NCBI GenBank assembly: GCA_015231405.1
Contig: JADGBR010000008.1
Location: 25,216-89,215, forward strand
DNA length: 64,000 nucleotides
DNA from: Candidatus Omnitrophota bacterium
Lineage (GTDB): Bacteria; Omnitrophota; Gorgyraeia; Tantalellales; Tantalellaceae
Direction of reading: 5' to 3'
Position numbers and translations under genes: made by a program
The notes under the pieces: generated by a model
The model's input: the letters and a program-made list of their open reading frames with translations, nothing else
Databases searched by the model: none
What the model was told of the DNA's origin: nothing
Shown here: piece after piece, positions 29,034 to 38,692 of the stretch
How positions within the stretch are numbered: the stretch's first letter is position 1
How the letters are laid out: each line of letters starts with the position of its first letter

Positions 29034-29066
29034 ATTTGCAAAAAAAGTATCGATTGAGTAAGATTG
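29034..29066 (+). promoter_or_regulatory. Promoter-like element A (TTGCAA-17-TAAGAT) upstream of wcaJ
   Basis: 27/33 nt identical to 37983-38015. Confidence 0.65.
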
Positions 29067-29089
29067 TTGTAACAGCTAGGAGTGAATAA

Positions 29090-30538
29090 ATGAAGCGTCA
29101 GCATGAAAAGGCCATAATAAAGGTAAAGGTGTTCCTTGACGCGGTGATGATAGGGGCGGCTTTCCTGGTTTCTTTTGAATTGTCGCAGCTCATGCGCTTG
29201 ACTTACAGATCAGATGTTTTCGGAGGGGACCAGTTTTTTACGGCACCCGCCTATCTCTCGCAGTATTTGCCTTCGTTGTTTCTGTGGATACCCATATGGA
29301 TGCTGATGTTCTACCTGAACGGCAAATACCGTTCCTTTAGGAGAAGGTCTTTGGCAGATATATTCTTTCTTGTGGCCAGGACGGCGGTGATGTCATTTTT
29401 GTGTTTCGGCGGCGTAGCGTTTCTCCTTAAGATACAGTTTTTCAGCAGATTCTTTACTGTTATCTTTCTGGTGATAGCGTGTATCTTCCTTGTGGCCGAA
29501 CAGCAGCTGTTAATATTGTTCTCTCGCCGCATCTGGCGAAAAGGTTATGACGATTACAATATTCTGATCGTCGGGACGGGTAGAAGGGCCGGGGATTTTA
29601 TTAAGACGGTAAAAGATAATCCGGATTGGGGGTATAAGATACTTGGTCTTCTTGACCAGGACGAAGAAAGGGTAGGTCAAACATTTTACGGAGTTGAAGT
29701 TATTGAACACTTGTGGAATTTAAAGAAAATACTGCTTTCCGCCGTGGTCGACGAAGTATTCTTTATCGTACCCAGGCTCCAGCTCCATGCGCTTCAGCCG
29801 TACATAACTTTGTGTGAGCTCCTGGGAATAAAAGCGAGCGTCGCCGCGAATTTTTACGATCTCAAAATAGCGCGTGTCTACCAGGAGGAGATAACCGGCC
29901 AGCCCTTTATGACATTCGCCGTAAAATATGGAATGGATTTTCACCTTTTTCTGAAGAGGCTCATCGATATTTTTGGTTCATTGACAGCTATGGTCCTGGC
30001 TTCGCCTATCCTCGTGACAACGGCAATAATGGTCAAGCTGACATCCCCTGGTCCCGTATTTTTCATGCAAAAAAGAAAAACGCTTAACGGACGAGTGTTT
30101 ATTATGTATAAATTCAGGTCCATGTACAAAGACGCCGAACAAAAGCTTGTCGAGTACATGCACCTTAACGAGATGGACGGTCCTGTATTTAAGATTAAGG
30201 ACGACCCGAGGATCACGCCTATCGGGAAATTTATCCGTAAGACCAGCATAGACGAGCTCCCGCAGTTATACAATGTCCTCATAGGTGATATGAGTCTCGT
30301 CGGGCCGCGCCCTCCGATCCCCTACGAGGTCACAAAATACAAGATCCATCAAATAAGAAGGCTAAGCATGCGCGGCGGTATTACATGTCTCTGGCAGATC
30401 AGGGGCAGGAATATGTTGAGCTTCGACAAATGGATGGAATACGACCTTGAATACATAGACAATTGGTCACTTCTGCTCGATATCAAAATACTCCTCCAAA
30501 CCATCCCTGTGGTCCTCTTTGGCTCTGGAGCAAGATAG
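29090..30538 (+). CDS. wcaJ: Priming polyprenyl-phosphate glycosylphosphotransferase (WcaJ/WbaP type)
   Basis: Four N-terminal TMs, ILIVGTG, KRLIDI, KFRSM, DPRITPIGKFIRKTSIDELPQL, GDMSLVGPRP, DLEYIDNWS; AGGAG RBS. Confidence 0.92.
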   Translation: MKRQHEKAIIKVKVFLDAVMIGAAFLVSFELSQLMRLTYRSDVFGGDQFFTAPAYLSQYLPSLFLWIPIWMLMFYLNGKYRSFRRRSLADIFFLVARTAVMSFLCFGGVAFLLKIQFFSRFFTVIFLVIACIFLVAEQQLLILFSRRIWRKGYDDYNILIVGTGRRAGDFIKTVKDNPDWGYKILGLLDQDEERVGQTFYGVEVIEHLWNLKKILLSAVVDEVFFIVPRLQLHALQPYITLCELLGIKASVAANFYDLKIARVYQEEITGQPFMTFAVKYGMDFHLFLKRLIDIFGSLTAMVLASPILVTTAIMVKLTSPGPVFFMQKRKTLNGRVFIMYKFRSMYKDAEQKLVEYMHLNEMDGPVFKIKDDPRITPIGKFIRKTSIDELPQLYNVLIGDMSLVGPRPPIPYEVTKYKIHQIRRLSMRGGITCLWQIRGRNMLSFDKWMEYDLEYIDNWSLLLDIKILLQTIPVVLFGSGAR

Positions 30539-30597
30539 TTTGAGCGACATCGGGAATAACGGCAATAACTAGCTTTGTATTAATAATAACAAAAATC

Positions 30598-30625
30598 TTG
30601 ACAATTTTTTTTTCTATGTTAAAAT
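30598..30625 (+). promoter_or_regulatory. Putative sigma70 promoter of the giant gene
   Basis: TTGACA-16 nt-TAAAAT with TGn extension. Confidence 0.6.
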
Positions 30626-30681
30626 AACTAAAAGTAAAAGTGCGGTAATTGTTCAACTTAATAAATCCTACGAGTTCAAAT

Positions 30682-33600
30682 ATGCGTAAAAACAGCATTA
30701 TTATAAAGGTTATTTCTCTTGCTATTGCTATACTTTTCACCCATGAACAAATAGGATGGGTGCAGGATGGTATTCCAGTATGGACTGATCTTCCCGATCA
30801 TAATAAAAATAAAATTGACACGAGAACCTCTAACATAGAGATACCAAATTACCTGGCCGAAGTTAAAAGTGACATACTGCCGGATTCCACTAGAGAGATC
30901 ATCCATATCCAGGACACGCATGCTTCTTTATCTGCCCAGGAATCGATAGCAACGATATTAGACCAATTAGCCTCAAATTATGACGTAAATTTAATTGGGA
31001 TTGAAGGGGCTGAAGGTTTTATCGATACTTCGTTACTCCGTTCAGTTCCAGATAAAAAAATAAGAGAAAATACAGCCAGATATCTAATGGAAAACGGTAA
31101 ACTAAGTGCAAGTGAGTTTTTCTCTGCCACAAGCGATAAAGACAATATCCTTTTGGTTGGTATTGAAAAAGATTCTCTTTATGAGAAGAACCTGGCGGGT
31201 GTCCGGGGGTTAGTAGAGAGGCGGGACGCTTATGTGAATGAAGTGAGGAAACTGCAAAGAGTTCTGGATCAGTTATCTGAGAATATTTATTCGAAAGAGT
31301 TGTCACAATTCGAAAAGCTTTCAACCGGTCATAGAAAAGGCAATGTCAGCTTCCCCGAATATTATAAGGGTTTGATCTCATTATTTTCCGATGACGGGAA
31401 GATCCTGGAAAAAACCGGTAATTCTGAAAATATCAGGAAGTTATTCAGTACCATCGAACTGGAAAAAAATATCGATTTTAAAGAAGCTAATGCCGAGAGA
31501 GAGCGGCTCCTGGATATACTAGGTAAGACGGCGGATAGGGATACGTTAGAGACGCTTGTCGGGAAAGTCGTATTATTTAAAGAAAAAAAGATATCGCAGA
31601 CCGATTTTTACTCGTATCTTGGCGATCTTGCCGCGGTGAATGGTTTGGATCCCGGGGGATATATCAATTTTATTAAGTACACGCAATACATCTCATTGTA
31701 CAGCGATATAGATATTCTCGCTCTTTACCTCGAAGTCGAAACTTTGGAGGAGAATTTAGTAAAGCAGTTATACGCGAATAAAGACCAGGAAGAACTCTAC
31801 AAATGGCGAAGGCTGGTACAGCTTTTTGTCCAGTTATACGATATGGAGTTCAGTAACGGCGATTTCGAGTATTTGTGCCGGAAAATGGACGGTATTAAGA
31901 TATCGGATCTGGAGGTTTTCCTTAAAGAAACCGCTTCTAAGTTGGGGCTTGCGATACATGAGCCTGTAAACCCCGCGCGCATCATAGAGGGCGTCGCCCC
32001 GGCGATAGATTTTTACCGGGTAGCGGAAGATCGGAATAAAAGCATGATAGATAACACCATCGCGAATATGCGTAAAGAAGGGAAGAATATCGCCGCGTTG
32101 GTGACAGGCGGATTCCACACCAAAGGGCTCACGAAATTAATAGCGGAAAATAACCTTTCATGCCTTGTAATTACCCCGAAATATGAGGAAGGCAAAGAGA
32201 GGCCGTATATAGCGATACTAACGAATAAGAAAAAACCTTACCAAAAACTTCTCGATTCCGGCAAATATGAGATAGCCGTGCGAGCGTATTTCGGGAATAT
32301 GGACGAGGAAAAGCTGTTCGAGATCGTGCTTCCTTCCCTCGCCCAGGTCGTTGCTAAAGGTGGTAATTGGAAGGAAGAAGCTTCGAAATACGCCTCCGTG
32401 TACGGTAAAGAAAGAGAGAGAGTTATGGCCGGGGATCGTCAGTTCGCGGGTCATAGCCTTACGGTTGAAGAATTCAGGAAGTATCTGGGCATAGATGATG
32501 TTGGCGCGGATAGATTGGATATAAGAAAACTTAATGACGGCAAAGTTTACACTAGACGCGTGAAAGAGAACGGTGAAGTTGAATATCTCGCGTGGGGTAT
32601 ATTTACTAACGGAGCGGTTATGTCGCCGTACCCCATCTCTGTCAGGAAAGGGAATTTGCTTTGGTTCGGGCTGCATTTTAGCATTAGGATCCCATTGAAG
32701 AACTTGATAGCCCCGCATATGGACGACGCGGTATACGCTTTACGTGTTGCCTGGTGGGTGGAAAGCATTCTCTTCTTTGTGATCCCGGTTGTTCTACCCA
32801 TAGGCGGTTTATATTTGATCACCGGTTCGATCCACCCGATCTGGCCGATATTTTCCATAATATTGACCGTGCCTTTAAGATGGACAGTTTTTAAGAGCCA
32901 TCCCGATGTAGAGGAGATAAAGTTCGTTGACGCGCTTAGAACGGTTATAACGAGGGAACCGTTACGGAATGTTACCCTGCCAAGGAAAAAATATATAGCG
33001 CCGTTGGATATCTCTTTCGCCGGTATGTTCCTGTCGGTTATCCCTCTTTTATCCCCCTTGGTCAATGTGACTTCCGCAAATGGCGCGATATCAGCGTCTG
33101 TTGTCATGGTGGGTTATCAGTTGTTCAGAGAGATCATGGCCATAACGCGCGGAGAAACACCCGGGGTAATGCAAGATGACTCTGAAGCCAGATCTCCGAA
33201 AAGCGCCAGGCACATAACGAAAGAGAAATATGACCACTTGGTATATGATCCTAAAAGGCTGGACATAGTATTGTGGAAAAAACACAGGGCCAAAGTCGAG
33301 GATATTAAAGGTGGTAAAATAACATTCTCGGGAGCTGACTGGTCAAGTTCTGAAGACGCCTCTTTGGGCAAGGAAACTAAGTTGCGCGCATATTTTGACA
33401 TAATGATAGACAAGTTATGCGACGGGCTTGGCGGGGTCCTTGCCGGTAATATCAATATCGACAAAACGGAACTTAAGAAAAAGATGGGGTTGATCATAGA
33501 CAACTCTTTTGAGGGAAATAGGGACGCAGCTCTCAAATGGTTCGATGGGATAAAAATGAACAAAGAGAATAACTTTGAGATAGTCCTTAATCCGCGGCAG

Positions 33601-36600
33601 CTAAAAACCGGGTCAGGGATCGGCATGCTTTCCAGTCTGGATCTACCCAAATGCGTTCTAAATATGGATCTTGGGATGTTGTACGCGGTAACGGATAGCG
33701 ATGTCCTGAACGCTCTGATCGCGATGACATTAGGCGCACAATTCCTGGGTTTTCTCTACAGGCATGACCAGGTCATGCTGAAGAATGGCGTCGGAGACCG
33801 AGGCGGATCCGGAGGGACGGACCCCTTTATTAGTTCGCCCCAGAAAGACAATAAAGGCGAAGTCATAACTATGACCGAGTATGATGCCCTGAATATGAAG
33901 TGTATCCAGGATGATCTTGCCGGAGCGGCCGATATTTTTGACAGGATCAACGATTTTATTTCGGATGTAAAACACCCTTCGGAAGTTTATTTTACCGCAA
34001 ATTACAAATTAGCACGCGAAAATATCCCGAGGTTTTTAGGAAATTTTTCCCCGGATATTCCGGATTCGTTAAGGCGTGAGAACGCGAGGTTGAAGCGCGT
34101 CGGGCGATATGAGATCGGCGGGGTGCTCGGAGCTGGAGGTATGGGGATAGTCTTATACGCCCGTGATCATGAGACGGGAGATCGTGTAGCGATAAAAATG
34201 ATAAAGAACAGCGCGGGGTCCGCGCCGGATGCAAATCTGCTTAACAGGTTCGAACTTGAAAACATCTCCGGGCAGTTGATAGATGACAGCCGCGTCATTA
34301 AAAGCAGGGGTAAATATACTTATACGACACAAGTCGCTGAGAATGTCAAGTTAACGTACGACTACATGGTGCTCCCTTATATCCCTTACTATACTTTGAC
34401 CGAATATATGGAAATTGTTAAGTATTCATCCCGCGGCGGCGGGTTATCAGCTGCCGATATGGCCAAAGTGTTTGAAGAGACTATCGTTCCGATCTTGGGG
34501 GGATTGGATGTCATCCATGAAAAGGAATTTATACACCGTGACATAAAGCCCGACAATGTAATGGTTGACCCCGACGATCACGGGAAAGTGATCATAATGG
34601 ACATGGGATTGTCGAGAAAACTCGATGACGAAAAAACAAGGAATACTTTAGAAGGCCAGGTGCTGGGGAGCAAAGATTATATTTCTCCCGAACAATCAAA
34701 AGACGCCGGTTCCGTTACCAGAAGGACGGATCTATGGTCTATGGGTGTTATATTGTACGAGATAGCGACCGGGAGGAGACCGTTTATCCATCAAAAGCTA
34801 TTGGATCTGCTTATCGCTATCCAAACAAAAGAACCTATACCCCCATCCGCGATCAACCCGAACGTCGACCCGGAATTGGAAAGGATAATTTTAAAAGCTT
34901 TAACAAAGGACGAAGACCAGCGCTACCAGACAGCACAGGAAATGATCGACGATCTGCAAGCGTGGGTAGCCATGGAAAAACCAGAAATAAAACGGGTAGA
35001 ACCAAATGACACAGCCCCGATGTTAACCCCTCGTCAGGCCGGATCAGACGGGGCCATCTCCGGCCTGGACCTGACCCCGCCAAGCCGACAAGCAATAGCG
35101 GCGGAGAAAAGCGGAAAAAAGAAAGTATCAAGAAAACAATTCATAGCGGTAATGCTGCCTATCATTGTACTCACCTTTGCAGCGGTCTGGGCAATAGGAT
35201 GGTACGGAATTATCCCCTTTTTCATGTGGCTCCTGAAAAAACTCGCGAAAACCACCACAGTTCCCGTCGGTCCTACAGAAACATCGGGCAAGTCTGATGA
35301 ACAACCCGCGATACAAACCGATAATCGCGCCCTTTTGTTTGGCGGAAAAACCGGATACTTTGACTGCGGCGATTCTAAAGGGCTGGCGAATGTCTTTGAT
35401 GGCGGGGGTACCATAAGCTTTTGGATGAGTTCTGACGATTACAGGGGAAGGGTAATAGATAAAAAAACATGGGATATAAGTTTTGCGGGCAATAGAGAAC
35501 AGTTAGTATTTACGTATCGGTTCGATGGCAGCAATGATTCGGCCAGATGGGAGTATTTCGGGAATGCGATCTCTCATTATGGTTGTAATCATATTGCAAT
35601 AAGCTATGATTCATCAAATCCTCAAATTAGTCCAAGGTTTGTTATTAATGGACAACTTGAAACTAACGTGAAAATGATCAAACCGGCAATAGGCAAAAGG
35701 ATCGATGACGCGAATCATCATCTGTGCGTGGGTTTGCCTGATGGAAATTACACTTTTAACGGTACGATCAGAGACGTTGCTGTTTTTAAGGAAGAATTGC
35801 CTATAGACTATATAGCGGGGATACATACGAGAGGAATAGATCAAAGACGAGAGGGTATAGAAAAAGAAAGTATGGTAGGGTACTGGCGTTGTGATGAAGG
35901 TGATGGCGATACGGTGTATGATGCAACATCAAGTGGAAATAATGGGATAATGCCGGAGTTGACTGACCAAAGGCCGGTTTGGGTGAAGATGAAGGTATTA
36001 ACGGAGAATGTAGGCACTTTGTTATTTGATGGTCTGCGAGGGCGAGTAAAAGTTATTAGCAGTGCGGCAATTACAAATATTTTTCGCAATTCGGGAAAAA
36101 TTGAATTTTTACTTTTCCCGAACGAGAAGGGCCCTAAGTTTTCCGCTGTCTTGTCCAAAAATGACCTGGTTTCCGAGTATGGTATATACACGGCCGATTT
36201 TAACAAAGGTTATTTGATATATTTGGACCGGGAAAATTCAAATATCGTTTTTGAACATGGTTTTTCCGAAAAGGGTGGTAGGTGGGTAACTGAATCTGGA
36301 AGTATAAGTTGGGGGCAGGTATTGCGCGTGGAATTTGAATATGACGCTACTTCTGTCAATAACGATCCGGTTATCCATATTAACGGAAAAAAACAGGTTC
36401 TCTATTGTGAAAATCGTCCTAAGGGAGTTTGCGGGAATGATGAGGAGATCCCGTTATTTATCGGGGATAGCCAAATAAAGGAAAATACATATTCTGGGCA
36501 AATAGGACGGTTGTCTTTTTACAGGAAAGAAGGGAATGGGCCATTTAAGCCTGTTGCTAAATATAATTTTGGAGAGGAGGCCGGTTCACGGGTAAGTGAT

Positions 36601-37914
36601 GCCATAGGCCATAACGATGGAAGCCTGGAGCCGCCTGAGCATATTCCAAAAAGAAAGATTATCCAAGAAAGAAAATGGGTCAGACTGGATTCGCACCTGT
36701 GGGTGTTGTTGCCGTACTTTATAACTCTTGCTACAGGATCCATGCTGCCGCTGCTTACGGTAGCTCTTATTGCGTGTGTGCTAAAAGCCGCCCAACTAAG
36801 CAGACGAAAAAACGTAGAACAAAAACAAATTCTGGTAGCCATTCCGGAAAATGCTTATGATGCTCTTAGCGCAAAAGATAAAGAAAGTTTGGGGGCTTTC
36901 AGTAACGCAAAAATTCTGCTATTTGATAATGGTATCAGCAACGAATACCTTGCTTTAGAGCTGGAGAGATATATTAGAAGGGACGGAGCGTTTGGCGCTA
37001 TTGTCCTTGATTATGAGGGTGATGGACCAGCATACGTTAAAGCTATCGGGTTGTTCATTGACGGCGTAAGTGAAGCCACTAATTTATCGCCGAGTAAATC
37101 CGGAACGAAAATTCAAAATATCAAAAGATTAGGAAGGATGTCCCAACGGGAATGGCGGGTACGTCTCGGTGCCCAAGGATCTGGATTGGAAGAATTAGTT
37201 TCGTTCCGAATATCGGAGCGGAATATATTTGATGAGAATCTGTGGCGACTAACCGCGAAAACCCGTTCAAAGATAAAACCATCCAATGCAACAATGAATT
37301 ATTTGCGTGTCGGGCCACAAGCCAAGGAACAACGTTGTGTGAGTATCGCCGTTAGGACAGTAACGGATATGCGCTCTATAGCTGAGATTCTCGGAAGGGT
37401 CGGCGCTGAAGGAACCGATAAAAGAAAGATCTTGGAGTATTTGCAGCTCAGAGTATCAATAAGCGGAGTGGATAAGTATAATATAGCGGATTACATGTAC
37501 AAAACCGGTCTTGATAAATATCTTGAAGTGGAGAACATTCTTTTCGTATCAGAAAAAACTACTTTTGCAGAAACTCTTCGTGACATAAGGACAGTCGAAA
37601 AATATTCAAGCATAAGAGACAGCCAGATAGTTGTGGGGGATTATAGGGATTTTTCGATCGAGTTGACGGCAAATACCCCGAAAGATCCGGAAGCAGCGCC
37701 TCTGTATGTGCAAATGAAGGGCCCAGGTCTTGCCGGGCAGCTTCTATTGGCGGTAATAGGAATTATCAACAATGAAAAAATGGATAAAAGATTAGGCCAT
37801 TCATTTGAAAAAGGTCAGAGGTGGTTTGAATTCCTACCGAACATAGGCGAAAATAACATCGAGACCCTTCGAGAGATGATCAATTGTGCCCAAAAAGCCC
37901 AAAGCATGGCGTAA
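30682..37914 (+). CDS. Giant (~2,410 aa) multidomain membrane protein: signal segment, TraB/TIKI-like domain, TMs, Hanks Ser/Thr kinase, TM, two LamG-like domains, TM, unknown C-domain
   Basis: Uninterrupted ORF. Kinase motifs LGAGGMGIV, VAIK, HRDIKPDN, DMG, YISPEQ, DLWSMG. LamG-like motifs TISFW, HIAISYD, FNGTIRDVAVF, VGYWRCDEGxG and YNFGEEAG. Confidence 0.9.
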   Translation: MRKNSIIIKVISLAIAILFTHEQIGWVQDGIPVWTDLPDHNKNKIDTRTSNIEIPNYLAEVKSDILPDSTREIIHIQDTHASLSAQESIATILDQLASNYDVNLIGIEGAEGFIDTSLLRSVPDKKIRENTARYLMENGKLSASEFFSATSDKDNILLVGIEKDSLYEKNLAGVRGLVERRDAYVNEVRKLQRVLDQLSENIYSKELSQFEKLSTGHRKGNVSFPEYYKGLISLFSDDGKILEKTGNSENIRKLFSTIELEKNIDFKEANAERERLLDILGKTADRDTLETLVGKVVLFKEKKISQTDFYSYLGDLAAVNGLDPGGYINFIKYTQYISLYSDIDILALYLEVETLEENLVKQLYANKDQEELYKWRRLVQLFVQLYDMEFSNGDFEYLCRKMDGIKISDLEVFLKETASKLGLAIHEPVNPARIIEGVAPAIDFYRVAEDRNKSMIDNTIANMRKEGKNIAALVTGGFHTKGLTKLIAENNLSCLVITPKYEEGKERPYIAILTNKKKPYQKLLDSGKYEIAVRAYFGNMDEEKLFEIVLPSLAQVVAKGGNWKEEASKYASVYGKERERVMAGDRQFAGHSLTVEEFRKYLGIDDVGADRLDIRKLNDGKVYTRRVKENGEVEYLAWGIFTNGAVMSPYPISVRKGNLLWFGLHFSIRIPLKNLIAPHMDDAVYALRVAWWVESILFFVIPVVLPIGGLYLITGSIHPIWPIFSIILTVPLRWTVFKSHPDVEEIKFVDALRTVITREPLRNVTLPRKKYIAPLDISFAGMFLSVIPLLSPLVNVTSANGAISASVVMVGYQLFREIMAITRGETPGVMQDDSEARSPKSARHITKEKYDHLVYDPKRLDIVLWKKHRAKVEDIKGGKITFSGADWSSSEDASLGKETKLRAYFDIMIDKLCDGLGGVLAGNINIDKTELKKKMGLIIDNSFEGNRDAALKWFDGIKMNKENNFEIVLNPRQLKTGSGIGMLSSLDLPKCVLNMDLGMLYAVTDSDVLNALIAMTLGAQFLGFLYRHDQVMLKNGVGDRGGSGGTDPFISSPQKDNKGEVITMTEYDALNMKCIQDDLAGAADIFDRINDFISDVKHPSEVYFTANYKLARENIPRFLGNFSPDIPDSLRRENARLKRVGRYEIGGVLGAGGMGIVLYARDHETGDRVAIKMIKNSAGSAPDANLLNRFELENISGQLIDDSRVIKSRGKYTYTTQVAENVKLTYDYMVLPYIPYYTLTEYMEIVKYSSRGGGLSAADMAKVFEETIVPILGGLDVIHEKEFIHRDIKPDNVMVDPDDHGKVIIMDMGLSRKLDDEKTRNTLEGQVLGSKDYISPEQSKDAGSVTRRTDLWSMGVILYEIATGRRPFIHQKLLDLLIAIQTKEPIPPSAINPNVDPELERIILKALTKDEDQRYQTAQEMIDDLQAWVAMEKPEIKRVEPNDTAPMLTPRQAGSDGAISGLDLTPPSRQAIAAEKSGKKKVSRKQFIAVMLPIIVLTFAAVWAIGWYGIIPFFMWLLKKLAKTTTVPVGPTETSGKSDEQPAIQTDNRALLFGGKTGYFDCGDSKGLANVFDGGGTISFWMSSDDYRGRVIDKKTWDISFAGNREQLVFTYRFDGSNDSARWEYFGNAISHYGCNHIAISYDSSNPQISPRFVINGQLETNVKMIKPAIGKRIDDANHHLCVGLPDGNYTFNGTIRDVAVFKEELPIDYIAGIHTRGIDQRREGIEKESMVGYWRCDEGDGDTVYDATSSGNNGIMPELTDQRPVWVKMKVLTENVGTLLFDGLRGRVKVISSAAITNIFRNSGKIEFLLFPNEKGPKFSAVLSKNDLVSEYGIYTADFNKGYLIYLDRENSNIVFEHGFSEKGGRWVTESGSISWGQVLRVEFEYDATSVNNDPVIHINGKKQVLYCENRPKGVCGNDEEIPLFIGDSQIKENTYSGQIGRLSFYRKEGNGPFKPVAKYNFGEEAGSRVSDAIGHNDGSLEPPEHIPKRKIIQERKWVRLDSHLWVLLPYFITLATGSMLPLLTVALIACVLKAAQLSRRKNVEQKQILVAIPENAYDALSAKDKESLGAFSNAKILLFDNGISNEYLALELERYIRRDGAFGAIVLDYEGDGPAYVKAIGLFIDGVSEATNLSPSKSGTKIQNIKRLGRMSQREWRVRLGAQGSGLEELVSFRISERNIFDENLWRLTAKTRSKIKPSNATMNYLRVGPQAKEQRCVSIAVRTVTDMRSIAEILGRVGAEGTDKRKILEYLQLRVSISGVDKYNIADYMYKTGLDKYLEVENILFVSEKTTFAETLRDIRTVEKYSSIRDSQIVVGDYRDFSIELTANTPKDPEAAPLYVQMKGPGLAGQLLLAVIGIINNEKMDKRLGHSFEKGQRWFEFLPNIGENNIETLREMINCAQKAQSMA

Positions 37915-37982
37915 TCTGGTATATTTGCAACTGAACGCTGACCAGTGCATGGGTTCAACATGGATATAAAAAATTCTCAAAT

Positions 37983-38015
37983 ATTTGCAAAAGGTGTGTC
38001 AATCGAGTAAGATTG
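37983..38015 (+). promoter_or_regulatory. Promoter-like element B (TTGCAA-17-TAAGAT) upstream of the sugar-nucleotide operon
   Basis: 27/33 nt identical to 29034-29066. Confidence 0.65.
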
Positions 38016-38109
38016 ATTTTAATTAAATAAATAGTTCGGGCTAGTGTGCTATTAACGCAGTGAGTTGAAGAGCAGTCCGCTTTGGAGAGTATGGTAAGTT
38101 GCAAAGGTT

Positions 38110-38661
38110 ATGGAAATTTCCAATACTCAAATACCTGGGTGTTATAAGATCATTCCAAATATTGTGAAAGATCATAGGGGTGAATTTGTGAAGATATTTC
38201 GTAAAGATATTTTCATGGAACATTGTTTGGAGACAGATTTTGTTGAGGAGTATTATTCATGTTCTTGCCGTAATGTATTGAGGGGGCTTCATTTCGGTGT
38301 CCCGCCGGCTGATCACGCCAAGGTTGTTAATTGCGTTTATGAGGAAGTGATGGATGTGGTCGTTGATTTGAGGGTTGGATCAGAAATGTTCGGTAAATAT
38401 CAAGCGTTTGAATTGAATGCCGCGAACGCTATCGGGATGTATATTCCAAAGGGTCTAGCGCATGGTTTTTACGTAAGAAGCGATATGGCCATTGTTGTTT
38501 ATCGCACTACGTCAGGGTATTCGCCTCTTTGTGATACGGGAGTGCGATGGGATTCTGCGGGCATACCCTGGCCCGGAACATCTCCTATAATGTCAGCGAG
38601 GGACATCGGTTTAAAACCTTTAAATCATTTCGACAGCCCTTTTAGGTATGTCTGTAAATGA
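38110..38661 (+). CDS. rfbC: RmlC-family NDP-4-keto-sugar 3,5-/5-epimerase
   Basis: DHRGEF, NVLRGLHF, DVVVDLRVGS, IPKGLAHGF, D-GVRWDS. Confidence 0.88.
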   Translation: MEISNTQIPGCYKIIPNIVKDHRGEFVKIFRKDIFMEHCLETDFVEEYYSCSCRNVLRGLHFGVPPADHAKVVNCVYEEVMDVVVDLRVGSEMFGKYQAFELNAANAIGMYIPKGLAHGFYVRSDMAIVVYRTTSGYSPLCDTGVRWDSAGIPWPGTSPIMSARDIGLKPLNHFDSPFRYVCK

Positions 38662-38692
38662 CCAAGAAATATAGTTCTAAGAATCTTCGAGC

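Noticed and set aside
37921-37990. Direct repeat ATATTTGCAA, 60 nt apart
   Set aside because: Only two short AT-rich copies; the second is explained as the -35 element. Not a CRISPR array.
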